From Longimicrobiales bacterium (GTDB taxonomy: Bacteria > Gemmatimonadota > Gemmatimonadetes > Longimicrobiales > Gaopeijiaceae), in contig OZ242008.1 in the NCBI GenBank assembly GCA_965204735.1, forward strand, positions 352,001 to 416,000: DNA of 64,000 nucleotides, in the 5' to 3' direction. Under the pieces are notes generated by a model. It searched no databases and had not been told where the DNA came from. It was given only the letters and a program-made list of their open reading frames with translations. Both the position numbers and the translations under genes were made by a program. Positions within the stretch are counted from its first letter, which is position 1. Each line of letters opens with the position of its first letter. Positions 10,201 to 21,905 of the stretch are shown one piece after another.

Positions 10201-12125
10201 GCCCGGTGGACGCCATGGGTGCCATCATGCGGGGGCGGCAGACGGTGGTCGTGGGAGACAGCAAGCAGCTCCCGCCCACCACCTTCTTCGACCGGGCGGT
10301 TGAGGAAGGCGACGGCGAGCAATCCCACACGGCCGACCTGGAGAGCATTCTGGGCATGTTCTGCGCCCAGGGAGCGCCCGAACGGATGCTGCGCTGGCAC
10401 TACCGAAGCCGCCACGAATCGCTGATCGCCGTCTCCAACCACGAGTTCTACGACAGCCGGCTGGTGGTCTTCCCCAGCCCCGACCGAGGCCGCGAGGACA
10501 CGGGAGTCGCCTTCCGCCACGCCCCCGAGGCGCACTACAAGCGGGGCAAGGGCGGGCGCGTCAACCCCGACGAAGCGCGGGCGGTGGCCCGCGCCGTCAT
10601 GGAGCATGCCGCCGCCCGGCCGGACTTCACCCTGGGCGTCGCGGCCTTCAGCTTGGCCCAAGCCCGGCGAATCGAGGACGAGGTGGAGATCCTGCGGCGG
10701 AAGGACCCGTCGATCGAGGCGTTCTTCCAGAGCCATCCGCAGGAGCCGTTCTTCGTGAAGAACCTGGAGAACGTCCAGGGAGACGAGCGGGACGTGATCC
10801 TCATCAGCGTGGGCTACGGCAAGACCGAAGGGGGCCACTTGCCCATGAACTTCGGGCCCCTCAACCGCGAGGGAGGCGAACGGCGGCTCAACGTCCTGAT
10901 CACGAGGGCGCGGCGCCGCTGCGTGGTGCACTGCAACTTCGTCGCCGCGGACCTGGACCTGCGGCGATCCGACGCCCGGGGCGTGGACGCCCTCAAGACG
11001 TACCTGAAGTACGCCGAGACGGGCCGGCTGGAGGCGCCCAAGGCGACGGGCCGCGACGCGGACTCGCCCTTCGAGGAGGCGGTGGCGGCGGCGCTGCGGT
11101 CCAAGGGACACGACGTGGAGCACCAAGTGGGTTCGGCCGGTTTCCGAATCGACTTGGCGGTGGTGGACCCCCAGAGGCCCGGCCGCTACCTGCTGGGAAT
11201 CGAGTGCGACGGGGCAGCCTACCACAGCGCCCGCTCCGCCCGCGACCGAGACCGCCTCCGGCAGCAGGTGCTGGAAGGCCTCGGCTGGACGATCCACCGG
11301 ATATGGAGCACCGACTGGTTCCGGTACCCGGATCGCGAGGTCGCCAAGACCGAGGACGCGATCCGCCGGGCGGCGACGCTGGCGGGCACCGGCCCCGGCA
11401 CCGGTGGCCGCGCGCGTCCGGCGGCGCTCCGTGGCGAGGCAGGCCGGGAAGCCGAAGAGTCCGACGCCGGGAGCGCAGCCGTCGCGAGCCGGAGCGCCCC
11501 GACCTTGGAGCGCGCCGCCGCGCCGCCCGAGCCCGACACGACGGTTGCCGCCGCCGATCCCTACCGCCTTGCGGAACCGACGGTGCGCCTGGGCGGCTGG
11601 GAGCTTCACGAGGCGCCGGTGTGGCAGGCGCTCGAGTGGGTGGCGGAGGTCGTGGAAGTCGAGAGTCCTGTGCACGAGGCGGAGGCGGCCGCCCGAGTGG
11701 TTGCGGCGGTGGGGGTTCGGAGGGTGGGCCGCCGCATTCGGGACCGGATGTCGGAAGCGGCGACGCTGGGCGTCCGCCAGGGCAAGCTGGTGCGCCGGGG
11801 GTCGTTTCTGTGGCGCCCGGAACACGAGAGGGCGAAGGTCCGCGGCCGAGCGGAGCTGCCGGCTTCGCACAAGCTCCGGAATCCGGAGATGATCGCGCCG
11901 GAGGAGATGGGCGCCGCGCTGGTGCAAGTGATCGAAGTCAGCTACGGCATCTCCCGCGACGAGGCCGTGGCGGAGGCGTGCAAGCTCATGGGGTTTCGGC
12001 GCACGGGCGCCAAGCTTGCCGAAGCGTTTGCCGAAGTGCTAGGCTTGTTGATCGAAGAAGGAGAGGTGCAGGAAAGGGAGTCGTTCCTGCACGCGCCGAA
12101 ACGACGGGAGAGCGAACCGACGTGA
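7233..12125 (+). CDS. DUF4011 + superfamily 1 (UPF1-like) helicase + Vsr/MTES_1575-like endonuclease + DUF3320 protein (Hhe-like), ~1630 aa
   Basis: N-terminal LLDLTLRNPLL and EEQGVNILYLALGMLEW (DUF4011); QGPPGTGKS, FDEASQ, VGDSKQLPP, HYRS, VQGDERD, RRLNVLITRAR (SF1 helicase); SPFE...FRIDLAV...GIECDG..YHS..SARDRDRLRQQVLEGLGW..HRIWSTDW (nuclease). ATG 7233 follows the acs stop. Confidence 0.88.
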   Translation: MGVAGPVPAASTAELLGRSRQELLDLTLRNPLLSFRSLKAKGVDVVDELPWEVFRMLVGEEKSMYFEAAPEPDSAASESEAQAEGDDPPPELLALMAESPPNGDGPADRHVDNRLQTAHDSVRLEVRLRNTMRHAASSIEEQGVNILYLALGMLEWYESEASETARSAPLVLVPVELSRATARARLKVQWTGEEVGANLSLATKLMGDFDVALPHFEDGEELDVAEYFRQVGEAVAHKDRWSVDDRAVRLGFFSFSKLLIYQDLDPAVWPAEEGPAGHPVVKALYGSSGFAEDPPSISEDDNLDDHLAVADVHNVLDSDSSQNLAIVDAQNGRNLVVQGPPGTGKSQMITNLVAEAVARGKTVLFVAEKLAALKVVKRRLDSVHVGDACLELHSHTANKRTLLDELRRTMALGEPRLEDPAGDRALLEDRRKRLNDYSRAVNEPVGESGLSPNELIGKLALAEGRAAPRLQRPRLQVADAASWRREDFLVAGETVREAQDLVAAVGVPREHVYWGSRRRQYLPTDERTVSESLAASTASLKRHRQDVAALRGLVDADVEAETAAQVEAFLLAARRVVQAPDLCGADHRSPEWTAQAESVQEVVAHLRELAGLRSRYAPVLIPEAWDANVLSCRQAVAAYGGKWWRSLSGRYRRASSELLGMCRSDAPRSPKEQLAVLDAILRAKRLRSGVDRVRELVGGLFPGHRLGDLAAGDVAAGDPGRWNALCQAAEWLLVLHRDAGTGKVSRVALDLLDTPVARGPLEAAERACRESAKTLADSLAALSQVLEWDGERRAPDADPLDRGFRELERWLEDAARRPGALQEVARFNQVAARLAESGLESVAEAAASWPGAGRRLVGLYERRFYRAWLERAFQERPILAEFDGGTHEGIVERFRRLDSDRLLHNQALVAKLHWDRVPRSRGGGQLAVLRREFEKKRRHLPVRKLMTRAGNAIQGIKPVFMMSPLSIAKYVPPGSLRFDMVIFDEASQVRPVDAMGAIMRGRQTVVVGDSKQLPPTTFFDRAVEEGDGEQSHTADLESILGMFCAQGAPERMLRWHYRSRHESLIAVSNHEFYDSRLVVFPSPDRGREDTGVAFRHAPEAHYKRGKGGRVNPDEARAVARAVMEHAAARPDFTLGVAAFSLAQARRIEDEVEILRRKDPSIEAFFQSHPQEPFFVKNLENVQGDERDVILISVGYGKTEGGHLPMNFGPLNREGGERRLNVLITRARRRCVVHCNFVAADLDLRRSDARGVDALKTYLKYAETGRLEAPKATGRDADSPFEEAVAAALRSKGHDVEHQVGSAGFRIDLAVVDPQRPGRYLLGIECDGAAYHSARSARDRDRLRQQVLEGLGWTIHRIWSTDWFRYPDREVAKTEDAIRRAATLAGTGPGTGGRARPAALRGEAGREAEESDAGSAAVASRSAPTLERAAAPPEPDTTVAAADPYRLAEPTVRLGGWELHEAPVWQALEWVAEVVEVESPVHEAEAAARVVAAVGVRRVGRRIRDRMSEAATLGVRQGKLVRRGSFLWRPEHERAKVRGRAELPASHKLRNPEMIAPEEMGAALVQVIEVSYGISRDEAVAEACKLMGFRRTGAKLAEAFAEVLGLLIEEGEVQERESFLHAPKRRESEPT

Positions 12126-12130
12126 CGAGG

Positions 12131-13186
12131 ATGCCCCGGAAGCCAGTCGGAGCGCTGGTGGTGGGAGTGCTCGCGGCGACGTGCAACGTCCCGACGGACG
12201 CGCCGATCATCGACACTCGGTGGCTGTTCGAGGTCCACTCCACCACGATCGGAGTGGAAGGGCTGCTGCCCGACAGCGTCTCGATACACGAAGGCGCATT
12301 CGCGGTGGATGCGGCGTCGGTCGAGACGGTCGAGGAGCTGGCGACATTGTGCGACGAGTGCCCCCGCGAGGGCAGAGCCCCGAAGCCGGCCTTCACTGCT
12401 TCCTTCGAGAAGCGGGCGAACCTTCCGTCGGGCCTGACTTCGGGAGAGCTGGCGAGCGGAGGCGTCGAGTTCGCGCTGGTCCACGACTTCGGCTTCGACC
12501 CCCTCCGCCCGCCGGGCGGCGCGCCCGGCTCCCTTGTCGCGACAATGAGGGACGAGGCCCAGGGCCGCGTGCTGGCTCGGCTCGCCATTGACGGCGCCAC
12601 CGATTCGCTGCCTCCTGGCGTGACCTTCGCCAGGACGGTTCTCCTGGAGCCCGGGCCGATCGGCGGCACGCTCTCGATGCGCTTCGAGATCGATTCTCCC
12701 GCCGGTGGCCAAGCCGATTCGCAGTGGGTGTCGGTCGACGCTGGAGACCACGTGCGGGCCACCGCGACCCCGGTGGACGTGCGGCTCTCCGCCGCCCGCA
12801 CCGACGTCCTGGGACGGACGGCGAGCCTTGATCCGTCGGAAGTGGACGTGGCGGGCGTGGACCCCGGCATCGTGGACCGGATCCAGTCCGGGGCCTTGGT
12901 GCTCGAGTTCGCCAATGCGTTCGGCGCCGCCCTGGACGCCCGCCTGTACATCCTTCAAGAGGGCGACACGGTCGTGTCCAAGCCGTTCAAGGTTTCGGAC
13001 GGACCGAACTCCACCACGTCGCTGGATCTGACCGCCGACGAGTTCCGCGCCTTCCTCGGCAAGCCCGACGTGATGCTCACGGGTACCGGGCTCGTCACCG
13101 CGCCAGCCGGCGGGATCGTCGTGACTCCCGCCATGGAAGTGCAGATCGACGGCAAGATCGACCTTGTCCTGCGAGTCGGGAGCTGA
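12131..13186 (+). CDS. Putative lipoprotein, beta-rich, function unknown
   Basis: MPRKPVGALVVGVLAATC lipobox-like signal; internal CDEC. Alternative GTG start at 12122 overlaps the upstream stop. Confidence 0.7.
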   Translation: MPRKPVGALVVGVLAATCNVPTDAPIIDTRWLFEVHSTTIGVEGLLPDSVSIHEGAFAVDAASVETVEELATLCDECPREGRAPKPAFTASFEKRANLPSGLTSGELASGGVEFALVHDFGFDPLRPPGGAPGSLVATMRDEAQGRVLARLAIDGATDSLPPGVTFARTVLLEPGPIGGTLSMRFEIDSPAGGQADSQWVSVDAGDHVRATATPVDVRLSAARTDVLGRTASLDPSEVDVAGVDPGIVDRIQSGALVLEFANAFGAALDARLYILQEGDTVVSKPFKVSDGPNSTTSLDLTADEFRAFLGKPDVMLTGTGLVTAPAGGIVVTPAMEVQIDGKIDLVLRVGS

Positions 13187-13192
13187 GTCGCC

Positions 13193-14560
13193 GTGAACAA
13201 CGGAAGCGCCCTGCAACGTAAGCGCCTTGGTCGCCTTGCGACCGCGACCCGCCTCGCTCTCCGCAATGTCACGAGCGTTCCGGCGGTCGGCTTGGTCGCG
13301 CTGGCGACGGACCCCGCTCCGGCTCGCGCCCTCGAAGGCGTAGCGGGGTCGCCGCAGCTTGCCGCCGCCACCGTCCGCGCCATGGCCATGGGGGGCGCGG
13401 TCACCTCCTCGGTGCGCGGCTTCGGCGCCGTTGCCGCCAACCCGGCCGGCTTGGGCATGTCGGACGGCCCGGACTTCTCCCTGACGCTCCTTCCGGTGGG
13501 CGTGGTGGACGGGATGGACCCGATCTCCCTCGGCGATATCGCCGTCACGCAGGGCAGGAGCGTCCTTGTCGACACCAAGGACGCGTGGCTGGAGATGGTG
13601 ACCGCCGAGGGCGCCCAGACCGGGCCGATCGGAGGAAGCGTGACCTGGCTTGCGCTCTCGGCAAGGTCGTTCGGCTTTCACCTGTCCACTGTCGCCGCGG
13701 CCGACATGAACTTGCTGCCGGGCGTGGTGGAGTTGGCCCTCTACGGGAACGCAGGCCGCACGGGCTCGCCGACGGACCTTGCCGAGTCGGGCTCGTGGGC
13801 CCAGGGGTGGGCGGTCTCGACTGCTGGCGTCGCCTTCGGGCACCCCTTCGCGGCGGGCGACGGAGAAGCAGCGGTGGGCGCCACGCTCAAGTTCTCCATG
13901 GGCCACGCCGCGGGGTTGATGGACCGAGGCCGGGCGTCCGCATCTTCGTCGCCCCTCGTGGTCGCCACCGAGTTCCCTACGATCTACACCAAGCGCGACG
14001 AAGCGGGGAACGCCGGCCGCGGCTTCGGCCTCGACGTCGGGTTCCAGTTCGCCTCCACCGGCGGCTTGAAGCTTGGGGCCACGGTGCAAAACGTCTTCAA
14101 CACCTTTGCGTGGGACGAAGACAAGCTGGCCTACCGATCCGTGGCGGCGGACCTTCGAGACCGCGAGTTCGACACGAACTTCGCCCCGGTCGCCTTCTCC
14201 CAGGCGCCTGCCGCGCTCCGCGACCGTTGGGACGACCTGACGTTCTCGCCGCGCGTGTCGGCCGGCGCTGCCTACGACGTGGCGGCCAACTTCACCATGT
14301 CCGCGGACGTGCACCGCCGCTTCGGCGGAGGCATGGGCTTGGGCCCGGAGTTCTCCGCCGCGCTCGGCGGCGAGTGGCGCGGCCTCCCGGAGTTGGCCCT
14401 GCAGGCCGGCGGGGCGTTGGTCAGCGGCGGCTTCGAGGTCGGAGGGAGCGCGGTGATCCAGGCCAGGGGATTCAATCTCTCGCTGGCGGGAGGGTTGCGC
14501 CGCGCCGACTCCTCCAGCGCCGTGGTGGGAATGGCGGGAGTCTCCTACGGGGCCAACTGA
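13193..14560 (+). CDS. Outer-membrane beta-barrel protein, FadL/TraF/DUF5723-like
   Basis: RAMAMGGA...AVAANPAGLG N-terminal hatch motif typical of FadL-type barrels; GRGFGLDVGFQ strands; aromatic near the C-terminus (VSYG). Exact start uncertain. Confidence 0.7.
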   Translation: MNNGSALQRKRLGRLATATRLALRNVTSVPAVGLVALATDPAPARALEGVAGSPQLAAATVRAMAMGGAVTSSVRGFGAVAANPAGLGMSDGPDFSLTLLPVGVVDGMDPISLGDIAVTQGRSVLVDTKDAWLEMVTAEGAQTGPIGGSVTWLALSARSFGFHLSTVAAADMNLLPGVVELALYGNAGRTGSPTDLAESGSWAQGWAVSTAGVAFGHPFAAGDGEAAVGATLKFSMGHAAGLMDRGRASASSSPLVVATEFPTIYTKRDEAGNAGRGFGLDVGFQFASTGGLKLGATVQNVFNTFAWDEDKLAYRSVAADLRDREFDTNFAPVAFSQAPAALRDRWDDLTFSPRVSAGAAYDVAANFTMSADVHRRFGGGMGLGPEFSAALGGEWRGLPELALQAGGALVSGGFEVGGSAVIQARGFNLSLAGGLRRADSSSAVVGMAGVSYGAN

Positions 14561-14662
14561 CCAGCGGAAGGCGCACCAGAAGAGCCGGAGGCGCGCACCC
14601 GAAGACCGTCGTCAAGGTCGCCGATGCATGGAGTCCGAGACGGTTGAACAGCCCTGCGGCGG

Positions 14663-15544
14663 CTAAGCCGAGGAGTCCGCCAGCGGGTCGGTGGTGGGCT
14701 TGCGGCGAATCCGTCGCGGTTTCTTGGTGACGGCCTTGGCGGGCACGCCGACGTACACCGTGTCGGGCTTGGTGTTTCGGGTCACCAGGGCGCCGGCGCC
14801 GATCATGGAGTTCTTCGCCAGGGTCGTCCCCGCCAGCACCGTGGCGTGGTAGGCGATCCTGACCCCGTCCCCCACCACGGTTCGAGGCGTGCGCACGTCC
14901 CGTCCTTCGCTGATGTGGTGACTGTGGGAGTAGACGTTCACGTAGTCGGAGACCGACGCCTTGTTTCCCAGTCGGATGCCGCCGCGGTCGTCGAGAAGGA
15001 CGTGTCGGTGGATCACCACGTCGTCGCCGACTTCGAGCCCGTAGCCGAAAGTCATCTTCACGCTGTGGAACGCCTTGAAGTTGCGGCCGCAGCTCCCGAA
15101 TATCCGCTTGGCCAGGATCCGCCGGAACTTCACCCCGAGGTGCACGTTCTCGCCCAGCGGGCTCTTGTCGAACATCTCCCACAGCCATATCAGCGGCTTC
15201 ACCCGGTAGTAGCGCTCCAAGTCGGTCTCTGCGTAGTACTCGGGCTCCAGCGTGATCTTTCGGGGGTCCATCTGATCCAGCAGCACGCGAGCTGCAAGGC
15301 GAGAGGCGGAAACGGCGCGGGCGCCCCCGTCGGGAGGTCCCTCTCCGTCGGTCTCGCCCGCCGGCGCTCCGCCGGGGAAGTAGAGCTCCGTCAGGACTCG
15401 TCTGCAGAACTCGTCTCGGTCGGTGGCCGGGTCGGACAGCTCGTCGTCCAGCAGAGCGATCCACCGATCGTACAGACGCTCCGTCCCTCCGACCAGCGGA
15501 ACCTGGCGCAGGGGGAGAAACCGGTACTCGCTCTTGGACAGCAT
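14663..15544 (-). CDS. Hexapeptide-repeat (left-handed beta-helix) acyltransferase
   Basis: LEVGDDVVIHRHVLLDDRGGIRLGNKASVSD, VVGDGVRIAYHATVLAG, IGAGALVTR, YVGVPAK. Start placed at ATG 15544 (MLSKSEY). Confidence 0.88.
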   Translation of the reverse strand: MLSKSEYRFLPLRQVPLVGGTERLYDRWIALLDDELSDPATDRDEFCRRVLTELYFPGGAPAGETDGEGPPDGGARAVSASRLAARVLLDQMDPRKITLEPEYYAETDLERYYRVKPLIWLWEMFDKSPLGENVHLGVKFRRILAKRIFGSCGRNFKAFHSVKMTFGYGLEVGDDVVIHRHVLLDDRGGIRLGNKASVSDYVNVYSHSHHISEGRDVRTPRTVVGDGVRIAYHATVLAGTTLAKNSMIGAGALVTRNTKPDTVYVGVPAKAVTKKPRRIRRKPTTDPLADSSA

Positions 15545-15759
15545 GGCGCTTCGGCTTTCGACGGGGCGGTCGGCTTTCGGCGGGTGCGGTCGCGGGTCGG
15601 CGTCCTGACGGAAGTCCTGTGCAGCTCCTCCAGCCAGCACCCTTGAGAAGTATAACCCCTCGCTCTGGACTGATTCCCGTCCGGGGCGGGACCGTGGCCC
15701 CCGGAGGCTTCGGGCGGCTCGTTCCTTGTGCCGAGGACCTCCATCGGCTTGATTGGACC

Positions 15760-16175
15760 ATGCACGACGTCCTGCGGGCCCGCGTGATGCGGAAGATCGA
15801 GAGCCTCCCGGAGGTCCAGGTGTACCAAGTCCTGGACTACATCGAGTTCCTGGAATCGAAGTACGTCGCCGACGACATGGGGAAGCAGGCGTCGGGGCTT
15901 CAGCGGCTGGCGGAAGGTCTGGAGGACAAGCTCCGGAAGCGGGCGTTCAATCCGTCGAACCTCCGGGAGGCGTTTCAGCTGCTGGCGGCGGCGGACAGGG
16001 CGGTCCGGGGCGTGACCCAAGCGGGGCGCGAGATCCTGGGCACCGCCGAGGCGGCCAAGGAAGGCGATGGTTCGGCCCCGAGGGCCGGCGAACCGCGCCG
16101 CGGAGACGACCCGCGACACGACGCCGGGGACGCGCCTTCGCCCAACACCGGCAAACGCGGACCCCCCAGCGAGAT

Positions 16176-16182
<7 letters not shown>
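15760..16182 (+). CDS. Hypothetical protein with DUF2281-like N-terminus
   Basis: MHDVLRARVMRKIESLPEVQVYQVLDYIEFLESKY resembles the LP...VLD(F/Y)IEFL pattern of DUF2281 proteins. Confidence 0.65.
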
Positions 16183-19205
<3,023 letters not shown>

Positions 19206-19213
19206 GCCCCCCG

Positions 19214-19753
19214 TCAGGGGCGGCCGGACGCAGGGGACGCCGCCGAGAAACGGCCGGGACCCTCGCGACCGCCTCCGCCTTGCCGTCGCCACTCGCCGCT
19301 TCGCCCGCCCGACTTCTCCACCAGCTCCACCGATTCGATCGTCATCCCCCGGTCCACGGCCTTGAGCATGTCGTAGGCCGCCAGAAGGGCGACGGCGACG
19401 GCGGCCAGGGCTTCCATCTCCACGCCCGTCCGGCCCGCCACCTTCGCGACGGCGGTGACCCGCAGCCCCGGTAGAGACGGGTCGGGCGCCGCGTCCACCT
19501 TCACGCCGACGGCGGGCAGCACGTGACAGAGGGGAATCAGCTCGCCGGCGCGCTTGCCGCCCATGATTCCGGCGATCCGCGCGACCTGCTCCACGTCGCC
19601 CTTGGGGTTCCCGCCCTCGGTCAGCACGCGGTACGCTTCCGGCGAGCAGCGGAGGACGCCCTGGGCGGCCGCGCGACGGCGCGTGGATGTCTTCTCGGTC
19701 ACGTCCACCATGGCGGCCTTGCCGCCCGGGTCCAGGTGGGAAAGGCCGCTCAA
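19214..19753 (-). CDS. moaC: Cyclic pyranopterin monophosphate synthase MoaC
   Basis: LSHLD..G.AAMVDVTEK, KGDV..VARIAGIMGGK, LIPLCH, TGVEMEAL, YDMLKAVD, LVEKSGGRSG. TTG 19753 overlaps the holB stop. Confidence 0.95.
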   Translation of the reverse strand: MSGLSHLDPGGKAAMVDVTEKTSTRRRAAAQGVLRCSPEAYRVLTEGGNPKGDVEQVARIAGIMGGKRAGELIPLCHVLPAVGVKVDAAPDPSLPGLRVTAVAKVAGRTGVEMEALAAVAVALLAAYDMLKAVDRGMTIESVELVEKSGGRSGEWRRQGGGGREGPGRFSAASPASGRP

Positions 19754-20922
19754 GGGCCGGCGCGTCCCTTCAAGGTTTCCTCCAGGTCCAGCAGCAGGGT
19801 GGAAACCAGAAGCTGCGGGTTCACGTTCCCCAGGGCCAGCATCCGGGCCTCCTCCACGCGGGCGACAGCCTCGGCGGTTCGCTCCACGGTAAGCTCCAGG
19901 CGCCGGGCCGTGTCGCGCAGGAAGCCGGCCTCTTCGCTGTTCACGACCCGGTCCTCGCGTCCCAGCCCCGCCACGCCCAGGTCCCGCACCCACAGCTGCA
20001 GCGCGCTCATGAGCCCCAGGAGCCCCCTGGCGCCTCCGGGACCGAACCCCATCGCCTCGGCGTAGGACGACTCCCTCCGTTCGGCCGTCGCCGCCTTGAG
20101 CAGCGCCAACGCCCGCGCCCGCTGCTCCGACTCGGCGCTTTCCGCTTCCAGGTGCCCGAGCGCCGCGCCGATCGAGCCCTGGGAGAGGTTGGCGGCCCGC
20201 TCCGCTTCCTCTGGCCCCGCGCCCCGCTCCTCTTGCAGGAACGCCGCCACTTCGGCCTGGGGGAGGCGAGGAAGGTGCACGGGCAGCGCCCGCGAGCGGA
20301 TCGTGTCCAGGAGCGCTCCCGGTCGGCTCGAAGTCAGAATGAAGCGGCTGCCGTCCGGCGGTTCCTCGAGCAGCTTGAGGAGGGCGTTGGCGGCTTCCGG
20401 GCTCGCCTCCTGGGGGACGAGGTGCTCCGCGTCCCCAACGACGAAGTACTGCTGGTCGCCCGTCGCCGGCCGCTTGTGGGCCTTCCCGCGGATCGAACGC
20501 ACCGCCGCAAGGTAGATGCCCACGACTTCGGCTCCGCCACCAGGGCGCAGGGGCTGCTCTCGGAGCTCCGCCAGCCTCGCGTGGCGGGCTTCCTCCAGGG
20601 CGTCCGCCAGCCTTGCCGGGTTGGAAGCGCCCTTCGGCCGGGGCAACGGGAAGTACCAGTGGACGTCCGCGTGTTCCAGGCGAAGGGCGGCGCGGCAACT
20701 CTTGCAGGCGTCGCAGGGGCGGGCGTCGCCCGCGCACAGGGCCGTGCGGGCGACCCACAGGGCCAGCGACTGCTTGCCGCACCCGGGGGCGCCGTGGACG
20801 AGGAGCGTGGCCGGCAGGGCGTCGCGCTCCATGGCCCGTCGCAGGGCGTCGCGAAGACCTTCGTGGCCTCGGAAGGCCGGGGGAGACGGGAAGCGCCCGG
20901 CGGGTCCGCCACCGGCGTTCAT
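19750..20922 (-). CDS. holB: DNA polymerase III delta-prime subunit
   Basis: GAPGCGKQ, zinc module C...CDACKSC, HADV, AANALLKLLEEPP, LLDTIRSR. ATG 20922 overlaps the pdxA stop. Confidence 0.9.
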   Translation of the reverse strand: MNAGGGPAGRFPSPPAFRGHEGLRDALRRAMERDALPATLLVHGAPGCGKQSLALWVARTALCAGDARPCDACKSCRAALRLEHADVHWYFPLPRPKGASNPARLADALEEARHARLAELREQPLRPGGGAEVVGIYLAAVRSIRGKAHKRPATGDQQYFVVGDAEHLVPQEASPEAANALLKLLEEPPDGSRFILTSSRPGALLDTIRSRALPVHLPRLPQAEVAAFLQEERGAGPEEAERAANLSQGSIGAALGHLEAESAESEQRARALALLKAATAERRESSYAEAMGFGPGGARGLLGLMSALQLWVRDLGVAGLGREDRVVNSEEAGFLRDTARRLELTVERTAEAVARVEEARMLALGNVNPQLLVSTLLLDLEETLKGRAGP

Positions 20923-21905
20923 CTGTGCTCGCGGCCTTCCCTCCGCCGGCGCGCGAGCCGGACCGCCAATCGGACGGCCTGGGTCATGGAGGACGGGTCC
21001 GCGACCCCGCGGCCGGCGATCTCGAAGGCGGTGCCGTGGTCGGGGGAAGTGCGGACGAAGGGAAGGCCGATCGTCGCGTTCACGCCCCGTCCGAAGGCGG
21101 CGGTCTTGAAGGCTGCCATCCCCACGTCGTGATAGGGGGCCACGACGGCGTCGAACTCGCCGGAGAACGCTCGGGCGAACACGGTGTCGGCGGGCAGGGG
21201 GCCGGTCGTCGGCCAGCTCTCGCCGGCCAGGGCCGCGAGGGCCGGGCCGTACACCTCCCGCTCCTCGGCGCCGAACATCCCGTCGTCGGAGGCGTGCGGG
21301 TTCAGGGCGCACAGCGCGATCCTCGGGGTCGCGATTCCCCACGCCGACTGGAGAGCGGCGGCCAGCAGGCGCGTTTGGGAGACGAGAAGCTCGGCCGTCA
21401 CCAGCCCGGGCACGTCGGCCAGCGGAACGTGAATGGTGGCCAGCAGGACGCGCTTGGCGGGCTCGCCGCCCTCGTCGCACATCAGCATCCCGACGCGGGG
21501 CGCGCCCGAGAGCGCGGCCAGCATCTCGGTGTGGCCCGGGTGGAACCCCGCCGCCGCCAGCGCGGGCTTGTGGACCGGCGCGGTGACCACGGCGTCGGCC
21601 TCGCCCGCCATCGCCAGCTCCACCGCCCGCTCGACCGCCAACCCGGCCGCCCGGCCCGGCTCCAGCCCCGACGCGCCGTCTCCCACGACCTCGTAGCGGC
21701 ACCACGCAGGAAACTCCGCCCGGCGCTCGGCCGGTCCGATCGCGCACGCGGAGAACCCGGTTGCGGCCCGGCCGGCCGCAACCCGGCCTCCGGCTTCCCC
21801 CACGGCTTCGAGCGCCTTGGCCGCGACCTCGGGCCCGATCCCCCGCGGGTCGCCCACCGTGACCGCCAAGCGCACGTCCCGCGTCTCTCGCGGCCCGGCC
21901 GTCAC
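20919..21905 (-). CDS. pdxA: 4-hydroxythreonine-4-phosphate dehydrogenase PdxA
   Basis: [62 protein letters not shown]. Confidence 0.95.
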   Translation of the reverse strand: MTAGPRETRDVRLAVTVGDPRGIGPEVAAKALEAVGEAGGRVAAGRAATGFSACAIGPAERRAEFPAWCRYEVVGDGASGLEPGRAAGLAVERAVELAMAGEADAVVTAPVHKPALAAAGFHPGHTEMLAALSGAPRVGMLMCDEGGEPAKRVLLATIHVPLADVPGLVTAELLVSQTRLLAAALQSAWGIATPRIALCALNPHASDDGMFGAEEREVYGPALAALAGESWPTTGPLPADTVFARAFSGEFDAVVAPYHDVGMAAFKTAAFGRGVNATIGLPFVRTSPDHGTAFEIAGRGVADPSSMTQAVRLAVRLARRRREGREHR

